A stretch of 64,000 nt of DNA from Candidatus Eiseniibacteriota bacterium (GCA_963703225.1 OY969801.1:1280001-1344000); one strand, 5' to 3'. Positions 11,356 through 22,251 are shown, numbered from the stretch's first letter. The notes: generated by a model from the sequence alone, not told the origin. Translations and numbers: made by a program.

Positions 11356-13284
11356 GTGACCCTACTCTGGCTGATCCCGGCGCTCCCGCTTCTCGGGGCG
11401 ATCGTGAACGGATTCGGCGCCGGCCGGCTGCCGCGCCGTCTCGTCAGCGCGATCGGCACGGGCACGGTGGGCCTCGCCTTCGCGATCGCTCTCGGGTGCT
11501 TCTTCTCGCTCTTGAGGCTCCCGCCCGAGGAGCGGCTCTTCGTCCAGACGCTGTTCAGCTGGATCGATTCGGGAGACCTCTCGGTCTCCGTTCGATTGGG
11601 CCTCGACCCGCTCTCGGCGGTCATGATGCTCGTGGTGACCGGGGTTGGATTCCTCATCCACGTCTACTCGACCGGGTACATGGGCCACGAAAAGGCCTAC
11701 GGGCGATACTTCGCCTACCTGAACCTTTTCACCTTCTCGATGCTGATGCTGGTCCTGGCGGACAATTTCCTTCTCCTCTTCTTCGGGTGGGAAGCGGTCG
11801 GGCTCTGCTCGTATCTCTTGATCGGCTACTGGTACCAGAAGCCCTCGGCGGCGGAGGCGGGGAAGAAGGCCTTCATCGTCAACCGGATCGGGGACTGGGG
11901 TTTCATGATCGGGATCTTCCTGGTCTTCGTGACGTTCGGCACGCTCGATTTCGGGCGGGTCTTCTCGGAGGCGCCCGAACGGCTCGCGCTGGGCGGCGGC
12001 CTGGCGACGGCGATGGCGCTCTTCCTGTTCGTGGGGGCGATGGGGAAGAGCGCCCAGATTCCGCTCCATGTCTGGCTGCCGGACGCTATGGAGGGCCCGA
12101 CCCCGGTCTCCGCCCTGATCCACGCCGCCACGATGGTCACCGCCGGGGTCTACATGGTCGCCCGCTGCCATGTGCTCTACCTCCTCGCGCCGACGGCGAT
12201 GTGGGTGGTGGCGATTGTCGGGGCGGCGACGGCGATTTTCGCGGCCTCCATCGGGCTCGTCCAGCGGGACATCAAGAGGGTTCTCGCCTACTCGACCATC
12301 AGCCAGCTGGGATACATGTTCCTCGCGCTCGGCGTGGGAGCATTCGCATCCGGAATCTTCCACCTCGTCACCCACGCGTTCTTCAAGGCGCTGCTCTTCC
12401 TCGGGGCCGGGAGCGTGATCCACGCCCTCTCCGGCGAGCAGGATCTGGAGCGGATGGGCGGACTCAAGCCCCACCTCCCTCGCACCCACGCGACGATGTT
12501 GGTCGCCACGCTCGCCATCGCCGGCGTCTTCCCGTTCGCCGGGTTTTTCAGCAAGGACGAGATCCTCTGGAACGCCTGGAAGACCGGAGGGCCGATCCTC
12601 TGGGCGGTCGGCGTGATCGGGGCCTTCATGACGGCCTTCTACATGTTCCGGCTCTACTTCAAGACGTTCCACGGCCCTTCCCGGCTCACCGGCGAGGCCA
12701 AGCACCACCTTCACGAGTCGCCCGGGAGCATGACGATTCCGCTGACGATCCTGGCGGTTCTGAGCGCGATTGGAGGGTTGATCCAGGTGCCGCTGATTCC
12801 GGGCGCGCAGCGGCTCGACCACTTCCTGGAGCCGGTATTCGCGGACGCCGCTCGAATCGGGGTGGGGATGGTGCACGCCCCGCACGAAGGCGGATCGGCC
12901 CTCCTGGAGCTGGCGCTGATGGTGGTCTCGCTGGGCGTGGCGCTGAGCGGGATCTTCCTGGCCCATCGCTTCTACGTGGTCGATCCCGGCGCGCCGGCGC
13001 GCCTCGCGGAGCGCGCGAAGGGGCTCTACCGGCTCCTCTTCGGGAAGTATTGGGTGGATGAGCTCTACGAGAACAACATCGTCCAGCCGATCGTGCGCGG
13101 GTCGACCCGGCTCTGGCAGCGCTTTGACGCCGCGGTGATCGACGGGGCCGTGAACGGCGTCGCTCGGGAGATCGAGCGGGCGGCGGGCCTCCTCCGCCTG
13201 GCCCAGACGGGCTACGTCCAGGTCTACGCGATGATCCTCACCCTCGGGATGGTGGTCGTCTTCGGCTACCTGGCGCTCCGATGA
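11356..13284 (+). CDS. nuoL: NADH-quinone oxidoreductase subunit L
   Basis: GWEAVGLCSYLLIG, KSAQIPLHVWLPDAMEGPTPVSALIHAATMV and HAFFKALLF motifs. Confidence 0.97.
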   Translation: MTLLWLIPALPLLGAIVNGFGAGRLPRRLVSAIGTGTVGLAFAIALGCFFSLLRLPPEERLFVQTLFSWIDSGDLSVSVRLGLDPLSAVMMLVVTGVGFLIHVYSTGYMGHEKAYGRYFAYLNLFTFSMLMLVLADNFLLLFFGWEAVGLCSYLLIGYWYQKPSAAEAGKKAFIVNRIGDWGFMIGIFLVFVTFGTLDFGRVFSEAPERLALGGGLATAMALFLFVGAMGKSAQIPLHVWLPDAMEGPTPVSALIHAATMVTAGVYMVARCHVLYLLAPTAMWVVAIVGAATAIFAASIGLVQRDIKRVLAYSTISQLGYMFLALGVGAFASGIFHLVTHAFFKALLFLGAGSVIHALSGEQDLERMGGLKPHLPRTHATMLVATLAIAGVFPFAGFFSKDEILWNAWKTGGPILWAVGVIGAFMTAFYMFRLYFKTFHGPSRLTGEAKHHLHESPGSMTIPLTILAVLSAIGGLIQVPLIPGAQRLDHFLEPVFADAARIGVGMVHAPHEGGSALLELALMVVSLGVALSGIFLAHRFYVVDPGAPARLAERAKGLYRLLFGKYWVDELYENNIVQPIVRGSTRLWQRFDAAVIDGAVNGVAREIERAAGLLRLAQTGYVQVYAMILTLGMVVVFGYLALR

Positions 13285-14912
13285 CGCAGCCCCTGACCCT
13301 GCTCGGGATCCCGATCCTCTCGTTCCTCATCTTCTTTCCTCTGGTGGGCGCGGGGGCGATCCTGCTCCTTCCCTCGTCCCGGGAGCGGGCCATCAAGCTC
13401 GTCGCGTTCGGCGTCTCGGTCGTGGCGTTTCTCGCCTCGATTCCGCTCTTCACGATGTTCGACGCGAGCCGCCGGGGGATGCAGTTCGCGGAGCATGCGC
13501 CGTGGGTGCCGAGCTTGGGGATCACCTACTCGCTCGGGGTCGACGGGATCAGCGTCCTCCTGATCCTCATGACCACCTTCCTCACGGCGATCTCGATCCT
13601 TTCCTCGTTCGGCGCGATCACGCAGCGGGTCAAGCCCTACTACGCGACCCTCCTCGCGCTGGAGACGGGGATGATCGGCGTCTTCGCGGCGCTCGATCTG
13701 GTGCTTTTCTACGTCTTCTGGGAAGCGGTGCTGATCCCCATGTACCTCATCATCGGCGTCTGGGGCGGCCCCCGGAGGGTCTACGCCGCGGTCAAATTCA
13801 TCCTCTACACCGTGGCGGGGAGTCTCCTCATGCTGGTCGCGATCCTCTACCTCTACTTCGCCTACCACACCGCGACCGGCGAGTTCACCTTCGACCTGAT
13901 GCGCCTCTATGAGACGCCGCTCGGCCAGAACGCGCAGCTCTGGCTCTTCGCCGCTTTCGCGCTGGCCTTCGCCATCAAGGTGCCGATGTTCCCGTTCCAT
14001 ACCTGGCTCCCCGACGCGCACGTCGAGGCGCCGACCGCGGGAAGCGTGATTCTCGCCGGCGTCCTCCTCAAGATGGGCACCTATGGGTTCGTCCGTTTCG
14101 CCATGCCGCTCTTTCCGGAGGCGACGCAGACGTTCGCTCCGTGGATCATCCTCCTCGCGGTGGTGGGGATCATCTACGGCGCGCTGGTGGCCATGGTGCA
14201 GCCCGACGTGAAGAAGCTCGTCGCCTACTCCTCGGTCAGCCACCTAGGCTTCGTGATGCTCGGCCTCTTCGCGCTCAACACGCAGGGGCTCCAGGGCGGC
14301 ATCTTGCAGATGATCAACCACGGGCTTTCCACCGGGGCGCTCTTCCTCGCGGTGGGAATGATCTACGAGCGCCGCCACACGAGGGAGATCTCCGAGTTCG
14401 GCGGCCTGGCCGAGGTGCTGCCGTGGTTCGCGGCTTGTTTCCTCATCGTTTGCCTGAGCAGCCTCGGGCTCCCCGGATTGAACGGCTTCGTCGGGGAGTT
14501 CCTGGTGCTCCTGGGGGCGTTCCGGTGGAATCCCTACGTCGCGGGGGTTTCCGCGCTCGGCGTGATCCTGGCCGCGGTCTATATCTTATGGATGTATCAA
14601 CGGGTCATGTTCGGCCCCATCACCAACGAGAAGAATCGGGGGCTCCGGGATCTCTCGCCGCGGGAGTTCTGGACGCTGGCGCCGGTGATCGCGCTGATCC
14701 TCTGGATCGGCGTCTACCCCAATCCCTTCCTGCGCAAGCTCGACGTCTCGGTGGGCGAGCTGATGGAGCGGATGAACTCGAGGACGGTGGCGACGCAGCT
14801 CCATCCGCCCGCCGCGGCGCCGGCGGCGGCCGATGAGACGGCGGCGCCCAGCCCGCCGTCGCTGCCGGGAGCCGTGGGGGCCGCGTCGGTCGAAGGCGGG
14901 GCGCCGCGATGA
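13281..14912 (+). CDS. nuoM: NADH-quinone oxidoreductase subunit M
   Basis: KVPMFPFHTWLPDAHVEAPT, LLKMGTYG and LPGLNGFVGE motifs; Pro/Ala-rich C-terminal tail. Confidence 0.97.
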   Translation: MTQPLTLLGIPILSFLIFFPLVGAGAILLLPSSRERAIKLVAFGVSVVAFLASIPLFTMFDASRRGMQFAEHAPWVPSLGITYSLGVDGISVLLILMTTFLTAISILSSFGAITQRVKPYYATLLALETGMIGVFAALDLVLFYVFWEAVLIPMYLIIGVWGGPRRVYAAVKFILYTVAGSLLMLVAILYLYFAYHTATGEFTFDLMRLYETPLGQNAQLWLFAAFALAFAIKVPMFPFHTWLPDAHVEAPTAGSVILAGVLLKMGTYGFVRFAMPLFPEATQTFAPWIILLAVVGIIYGALVAMVQPDVKKLVAYSSVSHLGFVMLGLFALNTQGLQGGILQMINHGLSTGALFLAVGMIYERRHTREISEFGGLAEVLPWFAACFLIVCLSSLGLPGLNGFVGEFLVLLGAFRWNPYVAGVSALGVILAAVYILWMYQRVMFGPITNEKNRGLRDLSPREFWTLAPVIALILWIGVYPNPFLRKLDVSVGELMERMNSRTVATQLHPPAAAPAAADETAAPSPPSLPGAVGAASVEGGAPR

Positions 14913-16373
14913 GGGTACCGTTCGTGATCGACGCTCCCATCGCGATGATCGAGCCCTTGATCATCGTGTCGGTCGTGGGAATCCTGCTGCTCCTCGTCGA
15001 CCTCGTCCTGCCGCACGGGAAGAAGCACCTCTCCGGCCTACCTGGCGCTCGCGGGGGTCGTCTACGCCCTGGTTCGCACCGCCGCCCAGTGGGGGACCTC
15101 CCAGATCGGCTACTCCGGCATGGTGGCGCTCGACAACCTGTCAACGCTCTTCAACCTCCTCTTCTTGGGGAGCACCGGGATCGTGATCCTCCTCTCCATG
15201 CCGTTCTTGCGAAGAGACGACGTCGAGCACTCGGAGTACTACGCCCTGCTTCTCTTCGCGACGGTGGGGATGATGATCCTCGCCTCGGGACTCGACCTCA
15301 TCACCCTCTTCCTGGGGATCGAGGTCCTTTCGATCTCGCTCTATATCCTCGCCGGCTATCGGCGCGATTCCGACGCGTCGAACGAGGCGGCGATGAAGTA
15401 CTTCCTCCTCGGCGCATTCGCGTCGTCGATCCTTCTTTATGGGATTGCGCTGGTGTACGGCGCCACGGGCACGACCAACTTGATGAAGATCGCCGAGGCG
15501 GCGGGCGGGGCCTCGGGGCCGCTTCCGGAAGGGCTCCTCTTCTCCGGGGTCGCCCTGATCCTGGTCGGGCTCGCGTTCAAGGTGGCGGCGGCGCCGTTCC
15601 ACATGTGGACCCCCGACGTCTACGAAGGGGCGCCGACGCCGATCACGGCGTTCCTCTCGGCCGGGCCGAAGGCCGCCGCGTTCGCGGCCATCATCCGCGT
15701 CTTCTTCATCGCCTTCGGGCCGATCCAGGCGGAGTGGAACACGATCCTATCGGTGATCGCCGCGCTCACGATGACGATCGGAAACGTCGCGGCGATCGCG
15801 CAGACGAACGTGAAGCGGATGCTCGCCTACTCGTCCATCGCGCACTCGGGATACGTCCTGATCGGGATCGTCGCGGGCGGGGCGGCGGGCGGAGCCGCGG
15901 CGGTCTTCTACCTCTTCGCCTACGTGGCGATGAATCTCGGCGCCTTCGGGGTGATCGTCCTCCTGGAGCACAAGGGGCAGCGCGGGGAAGAGCTCAAGGA
16001 CTACGCCGGGATCGGATTCCGCTATCCGGTGATCGGCGCGCTCCTTTCGCTTTTCATGATCTCGCTCTCGGGAATTCCGCCGACCGTGGGGTTTGCCGGG
16101 AAGCTCTATCTCTTCGGGGCCGCCGTCCAGTCGGGACACATCCTGCTCGCGGTGATCGGCGTGCTGAACAGCGCGGTCTCGATCTTCTACTACCTGCGGC
16201 TCATGGTGCTGATGTACATGCGGGAGGCGCAGGAGACGCTTCCGGCGATCCGGGTGCCGGTCACGCTTGCGTTCGTGCTCCTGGTCACGGCCGCCGGGAC
16301 GCTCTGGCCCGGCCTGTTCCCGAGCGTCTGGCTCGACGCGGCCCGCGAAGGGGTCAAGGCACTCTTCTCCTAG
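14909..16373 (+). CDS. nuoN: NADH-quinone oxidoreductase subunit N; frameshift near 15036
   Basis: N-terminus in ORF 14909, body in ORF 15120..16373: EAAMKYFLLG, PFHMWTPDVYEGAP and KRMLAYSSIAH. Confidence 0.95.
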
Positions 16374-16419
16374 CGATTCCCGGTCCTCGGCAGGGGCGGC
16401 GCGGGAATCCAGCCTCGGG

Positions 16420-17620
16420 CTATTTCGCGACCTTCACCGGGTAGGCCTCGAGCGCGCCGGCGAGGATCTCCATCGCCTTGCTCAGAGAGCCGGTTTCCAG
16501 CACGTAAGCGAACCGAATCTCGTTCTTCCCGCGCCCCGGAGTGGCGTAGAAGCCGTCGCCGGGCGCCACCATCACCGTCGCGCCATCCTTCCGGTATTCC
16601 TTGAGCATCCAGATCACGAACTCCTCGGCGTCGGGCACCGGAAGCTCCGCCATGAGGTAGAACGCGCCCTCGGGCTTCCGGGCGAACGCTCCGGGGATCT
16701 TGGAGAGCCCGGCCAGAACCAGATCCCGCCGCTTCTTGAACTCGGCCACGACGCCCTGAGTGTAGGAGGCCGGCACCTGGTCGATGACCGCGGCCGCGTA
16801 CTGGCCCAAGGTGGGCGGCGAGAGCCGCGCCTGCGCGAACTTCAAGCAGGCGTCGCGGACGGCGGCGTTCTTCGTGATCAGAGCGCCGACCCGCGCGCCG
16901 CACATGTTGAGCCGCTTCGAGATGGAGTCGACCAGGACCGTGCGCTCCTCAACGCCTTTCCGGGTCATCGGGCTCTCGCACTTGCCTCCGTCGTAGATGA
17001 ACTCCCGATAGGCCTCGTCGGTGATGATCCAGAGGTCCTTCCGCTTGGCCAAGTCGACGATCGCGTCGATCTCGGCCGCGGTGTACGCCGTGCCCGTTGG
17101 ATTGGATGGAGCGCAGATGAGGATGCCACGCGTCTTGGGACCCACGGCGCGCTCGATCGCCTCGATCGGGAGGTAGGTGATAGCCGGTCCGCCCGTCGCA
17201 GGTGATCGCCTTCACGCCGACGCCAGCCAGGAGCGCCATCGTCGCGTAATTCGTGTAAAAGGGCTCGAAGAGGATCACCTCATCGCCAGGGTTGAAGAGC
17301 GCCCAGAAGGCGAACTGGAGCGCCTCGCTCCCACCCACGGTCGTCAGCACTTCGCCCGGCGCCACCGAAAGCCCCTGCTGGGCGTAATAAGCGGCCATCC
17401 CCTTCTGAAACTCAGGGATTCCGGCGGACGGACTGTAGGGGACGTACGTTCCCGGATAACTCCGGATCCGCTCCATCACGATCTCGGGCGTCGGCAGATC
17501 GGGCTGCCCGATGTTCAGGTAGTAGACCTTCGCTCCGCTCTTGACGGCCTCGTCGGCGTAGGGCGCGAGACGACGGATGGGGGAGGCCTGCGCCTCGACC
17601 CCTCGTACCGAGACCTTCAT
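16420..17620 (-). CDS. PLP-dependent class I/II aminotransferase; frameshift near 17165
   Basis: YLNIGQPD, FEPFYTNY, SNPTG, DEAYREF and SISKRLNMCGARVG motifs split over two frames. Confidence 0.9.
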
Positions 17621-18639
17621 CTGCGTCCTCCTTTGGACTTCGCCACCGTGGTTTTCAGGAGATGAGCCAGGAGCTTCGCCGTCTGCGAAACGTCGCGCGC
17701 GTGCACCCATGATACCGCGCCGCCGCTCTTCCGTGCGGGAATGGCGACCAGGACGGTGGGGACTCCCATCCGGGTCGCGCGGATGGCCCGCGCGTCGCTC
17801 CCTTCGGCTTCCCGGATCAGCCACTGCGTCTTGACCCGGGCTGAGGCCGCGGCCCGCTTGGCCAAGGCGAGCGCGTCGGGGTGGGCGACGTATCCCTCTT
17901 CCTTGAGCCCGATGCAAGGGCCCTTTCCGACTTCCACCTCGTCCCCGCTCTTGGAATCCAGATGGGCCACGTCGACCACCACCGCGATCTCCGGGTCGAC
18001 GCCGTAGGCACCTGTGATCGCCCCCCGGGCGCCCACATCCGACTGGGCCGTGAAGACGGCATGAAGATCGTACCGCGCCGCGCGGGCCGAGCGTAGCGCC
18101 GCGACGACGGCGGCGCAGCCGGCCCGGTTGTCGAGATTGGCGGCGAACCAGACCTCTCCCACGCGGGCGGGGCGATCCTCGAGGGCGAGGACGGCGCCGA
18201 CCGGCACGCGGCGTCGGGCTTCGGTCGCGCCGAGCCCGGTTTCAAGGAAGAGGGAATCCGCGTCGATCTCGCCGGCGTCCTTGGCCGCCCGCGACCGGTC
18301 GTAGCCCAGCATGGCGCGCGAGCCATCGTCGAAGCGCACCATGGCGCCGACGAGCTCGGCGGGGTTTCGATTGCCGAGCAACGCGACGCGGCCAAGCCCG
18401 GTGGCGTCCACCCGGGTCACGATGGCGCCCGGCGCGTCCATGTGGCACGCGATCAGAAGACGCGGGCCGCGCCCCGGCCTACGGAGGTGGAGGTTCCCGC
18501 CGGCGTCCTCGTGGATTTGGCCCAGGCCGCGGAGCGCCCGCCGGAGCACGGCGCGGACGCCCTCCTCCCGGCCCGGCGGGCCGTACGCGGAAAGGAGCGG
18601 TGGGAGAAGGGAATCGATGGTCGAGTCGAGGGAGCTCAT
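17617..18639 (-). CDS. M42 (TET) peptidase homolog with degenerate active site
   Basis: GPPGREE, HMD and LDNRAG retained, but QEE is replaced by QSD and RYxH by RKSG. Confidence 0.8.
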   Translation of the reverse strand: MSSLDSTIDSLLPPLLSAYGPPGREEGVRAVLRRALRGLGQIHEDAGGNLHLRRPGRGPRLLIACHMDAPGAIVTRVDATGLGRVALLGNRNPAELVGAMVRFDDGSRAMLGYDRSRAAKDAGEIDADSLFLETGLGATEARRRVPVGAVLALEDRPARVGEVWFAANLDNRAGCAAVVAALRSARAARYDLHAVFTAQSDVGARGAITGAYGVDPEIAVVVDVAHLDSKSGDEVEVGKGPCIGLKEEGYVAHPDALALAKRAAASARVKTQWLIREAEGSDARAIRATRMGVPTVLVAIPARKSGGAVSWVHARDVSQTAKLLAHLLKTTVAKSKGGRR

Positions 18640-19709
18640 CGCCACTCCTTTGCCAGCGTGGTCATCGTGTGCCAGACCAAGTCGACGGTTCGGCGCGCGT
18701 CACGGATGTCGAGATAGGCGGCGGGCGCGTGAATGTACCGGCAGGGGACCGAGATCACCGCGGCGGGGACCCCGGCGCCCGAGAGCGCGATCCGGCCCGC
18801 GTCGGTGCCGCCGACGCCGGGCCGCTTCCACTGGGTCGGGATCCTTCGGCGTTTGGCTGTCCGCTCGATCAGATCGAGCAGCCGCGCGTCCGCCATGAGG
18901 CTTCGGTCCTGCACGGTGAGCGCGGGACCTCGCCCCATCAGCGGGGCCGATTCCTCGGGCTTGAGTCCAGGCGCCTCGCCGGCGGCCGTTCCTTCGAGGA
19001 CAATCGCCAGGCCCGGCGCCACCCGGCGCGCGGCCGCCGCGGCGCCCCGAAGCCCGACCTCCTCCTGGACGCTCCAGACCGCCGTCACCGGGATCGGTGG
19101 CCGCCGCTGCACGATGCTCGCGAGCACGGCGCAGCCGACGCGGTCGTCGAACGCCTTTCCCTTTCGGGTTTGGCCCCACCGCTCGTAGCGGGTATCGAAC
19201 GCCGCGTAGTCCCCGACCGATACCTTCTCGGCGGCCTCCTCGCGCGAGTCGGCGCCGATGTCGAGATAGAGCTCTTCCACGGGGGTCACCTTCTCGCGGT
19301 CGACGCGCGAGACGAGGTGCGGAGGGAGCGCTCCCACCACCCCGCGGAGCCCATTGGTTCCGATCCGGAAGACCTGGCCGACGAGGATCCGGCTGTCGAT
19401 CCCGCCCACCTTGCGGATCCGAAGCCGGCCGTCCTTCTCGATGGCCGTGACCATCACACCCACCTCGTCCATGTGCGCGCACAGCATGAGATGGGGCCGC
19501 CGGGTTCCGCCGGCACGCCCCCGGGGCGACGCCGGCCCGAGGCGGGCCACCAGGCTGCCCATGGGGTCGACCTCGAGCGAATCGACGCCGTCTTTCACCG
19601 CGTCAACGAGCTCGGCGCGCACCCGATCCTCGCCGCCGCTCACGCCGACCGTGCTCGACAGGACATCGAGGAGCCGCTCCTCGAAGGCTGGGGCGCCGCT
19701 CGGCGTCAC
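18636..19709 (-). CDS. M42 family metallo-aminopeptidase
   Basis: AHMDEVG, KAFDDRVG, QEEVGLRGA, GGTDAG and PCRYIH motifs. Confidence 0.92.
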   Translation of the reverse strand: MTPSGAPAFEERLLDVLSSTVGVSGGEDRVRAELVDAVKDGVDSLEVDPMGSLVARLGPASPRGRAGGTRRPHLMLCAHMDEVGVMVTAIEKDGRLRIRKVGGIDSRILVGQVFRIGTNGLRGVVGALPPHLVSRVDREKVTPVEELYLDIGADSREEAAEKVSVGDYAAFDTRYERWGQTRKGKAFDDRVGCAVLASIVQRRPPIPVTAVWSVQEEVGLRGAAAAARRVAPGLAIVLEGTAAGEAPGLKPEESAPLMGRGPALTVQDRSLMADARLLDLIERTAKRRRIPTQWKRPGVGGTDAGRIALSGAGVPAAVISVPCRYIHAPAAYLDIRDARRTVDLVWHTMTTLAKEWR

Positions 19710-20785
19710 TTGAGCACCTCCGCCACACGCCAGTCGAGGGGAAGCGCCGATACGTAGTGGGCGAGCAGGTGGGCGCATCGTTCGACGTCCCGCGGCTCGA
19801 CCGTCTCGATTCCGGTGTGCATGTAGCGGCAGGGAATTCCGATCACCGCCGTGGGGATACCCTCGCGGGCCGTCTGGATGTCCATGGCGTCGGTGAAGGA
19901 GCTGATGGGGCATCCCTCGACCGTAAACGGCATGCCGAGATCGTTCGCGCTCCGGCGCAATCCCTCGAATATCTTTGGATGGATGTTCGCGCCGACGCCA
20001 AGGGCCGCGCCCCCGCCCAAAGGCCATGCCTCCCCCTCGCGCGCCCCAGGCATGTCGCCGTGAAATACGTCGACCGCGATGCCCAGCTGTGGATCGATCG
20101 ACTCGGAAGCGGTCCTCGCGCCGAGGCTGACCGCCGCGAACTCCTCTTCGACCGTGGCCACAGCGATGACGTCCCACGCGGGGCGGGCCTGACGGAGCGC
20201 CTCGACCGCGCGGAGCAGCACCACGATGCCCGAGCGGTCATCCATGCCGGGCGCGGCGAGACGACCTTTGAGGAGGGAGACCGGCGGCTGGCGGAGCGTG
20301 ACCGGCGTCCCGATCGGGACTCTGCGGCGGACTTCCCCTTCGGGCCGGCCCGCGTCCAGGTAGAGCTCCGCTAGGGGCATCACGCGCTCCGATTCGCCGG
20401 GCTTCTGAAGATGGGGCGGCCGCGTCCCGAAGAGCGCCGCGATGGGAGGCTCGGAGTGGATCCAAACCTCCTTGCCGAGGAGCGTGCGGGGGTCGAAGCC
20501 GCCGAGCTCGGTGACGCGCAGGTAGCCGCCGGGCTCGATCGCCTTCACCATGAATCCGATTCGATCCATGTGGGCGGCGAGGAGGGCGCGGGGACGGGGC
20601 GGGTCGCCAATGCCGTGGATCCAGGCGCGAACGTTGCCGACGCGGTCCCGCTCGACCTTGTCCGCGAACAGCGAAAAGGCCTTTTCGATCTCTCGCGCCG
20701 CGGCTTCCTCATGGCCCGGGATGCCAGGGAGGGCGCTCAGGCGCTCGAGCCATTCCGTGGTGCTGCGTCCTTCCCCCCGAGGCAT
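19706..20785 (-). CDS. M42 family metallo-aminopeptidase
   Basis: AHMDRIG, GMDDRSG, VEEE, AVDV and PCRYMH motifs. Confidence 0.9.
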   Translation of the reverse strand: MPRGEGRSTTEWLERLSALPGIPGHEEAAAREIEKAFSLFADKVERDRVGNVRAWIHGIGDPPRPRALLAAHMDRIGFMVKAIEPGGYLRVTELGGFDPRTLLGKEVWIHSEPPIAALFGTRPPHLQKPGESERVMPLAELYLDAGRPEGEVRRRVPIGTPVTLRQPPVSLLKGRLAAPGMDDRSGIVVLLRAVEALRQARPAWDVIAVATVEEEFAAVSLGARTASESIDPQLGIAVDVFHGDMPGAREGEAWPLGGGAALGVGANIHPKIFEGLRRSANDLGMPFTVEGCPISSFTDAMDIQTAREGIPTAVIGIPCRYMHTGIETVEPRDVERCAHLLAHYVSALPLDWRVAEVLK

Positions 20786-20842
20786 AGCCAGCGAATTTAG
20801 TGCACCCCGGCGGCAGGGGCAAATGTAAACTCCGCCGCGCTC

Positions 20843-21887
20843 ATGGCGTCCCTACGGATCGCGGTTCTGCTCCCCCACTTCGGGGTATACGGCGGCGTCC
20901 GCCGATTCCTCGAGCTGGGGAGAATCTGGATCGCGCGCGGGCACCACGTGGCGCTCCTCACGAGGGACGCGGGTGCGGACCAGCGTCCGTGGCTCCCGTT
21001 CTCGGGGCCGGTGGGGAGCGTGGGAGAGCTCTCGTCCGGGCCGTGGGACGTGGTTCTCTCGCCCGATCCGGAGCTCTTTCTTCTCGCGGGCGCGGAGGGA
21101 GCGCTGCGCGTCTTTTACGCCGTCCTCGAGGGGGCGCCGCATGCCTCGCGGGCGTGGCGCCACGCCGACCTCGTCCTCGCGAACTCCGCGGGGATGCGCC
21201 GGTACCTCGCGAGGCGGGGCGTCGACGCGGTCGATGCGGCGGGCGCGGTCAATCTCCGTGAATTTCGGCCGGACGATCCCGATCCGAGGATGGCACGATC
21301 GGCCCGCGGAGAGTCGGTGAAGGCGCTCATCTATGGACGGCTGTCACGCCCGCGCAAGGGATCGTGGACGGCGGCGCGAGCCGTCGAGGCGGCCAGCAGG
21401 TCCACAGGGGTCCTGACGGAACTGACGCTCTTCGACGCGCCCCCCGAGGGGGCGGCCGAGGCCGGGCTTCCACGCCCGCTCTCGATTCCCGTTCGCTGGG
21501 TGCTTCGGCCGACCCAGGAGGAGCTGCGCGCGCTCTACGCGGACTCGGATCTCTTCGTGAGCGCCGAGCGTCGCGCGGGCTGGTGCAACACCGCGGCGGA
21601 GGCGATGGCGTGCGGCGCCGCGGTGGTTTGCACGAGAAGCGGCACGGAGGACTTCGCGTTGGACGGGGAGACCGCGGCCGTCGCCAGGCTGCCCTGGAGT
21701 TGGAGCCTGGCGCGAAAGATCGCTCCGCTTCTTCGCGACCCCTCGGCGCGGCGCCAGCTCGCCGAACGGGGGCGCGCGCCGGATATCCCAATTTACCTGG
21801 GAGCGCACGGCGGACCAGATCGAGGAAGCGATCTCGCGGCGACTCTCGGGGGGAAACGATGGCGGAGTCCATGGCAGCCCGGCGTAG
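20843..21887 (+). CDS. Glycosyltransferase family 4; frameshift near 21779
   Basis: YGGVRR, LYADSDLFV and EAMACGAAVV; the shifted frame gives RISQFTWERTADQIE. Confidence 0.85.
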
Positions 21888-22251
21888 CTCCAAGAAGGGT
21901 TCGCGCAGCTCGGCCGGGGGGCGTCGGCGGCCGCGGGCGGTCATGATCCTCTCGGCCTATCCGCGGCGCGCGGCGGCGGAGCGGGCCGCGCGGGCTCTCG
22001 TCGCCTCCCGCTTCGTCGCGTGCGCGACGGTTACCTGGGGCGCCCGGGCCTTCTACCGCTGGCAGGGGAAGAATCGGGCGGATCCGAGCGCGCTTCTCTG
22101 GGGGAAGACGTCGACCGCCCGGGCCCGCGCCGCCCTTCGGGCGATCCTCGCCGGGCACCCCGATCGGGTGCCCGAGATCCTGGTGATCCCGGTCGTGGGC
22201 GGTCACTCGCCCTATCTCCGGTGGATCGAGCAGGAGGTGCGGAAGAAGTGA
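21859..22251 (+). CDS. cutA: CutA-like divalent cation tolerance protein (divergent)
   Basis: ARALVASRFVAC, YRWQG, KT, HPDRVPEI and YLRWI pattern. Confidence 0.75.
   Translation: MAESMAARRSSKKGSRSSAGGRRRPRAVMILSAYPRRAAAERAARALVASRFVACATVTWGARAFYRWQGKNRADPSALLWGKTSTARARAALRAILAGHPDRVPEILVIPVVGGHSPYLRWIEQEVRKK

Noticed and set aside
14800..14912. Pro/Ala-rich tail of NuoM (and the similar linker at about 32850-33150)
   Set aside because: Low-complexity linkers are common in high-GC genomes; no repeat unit or domain is visible.
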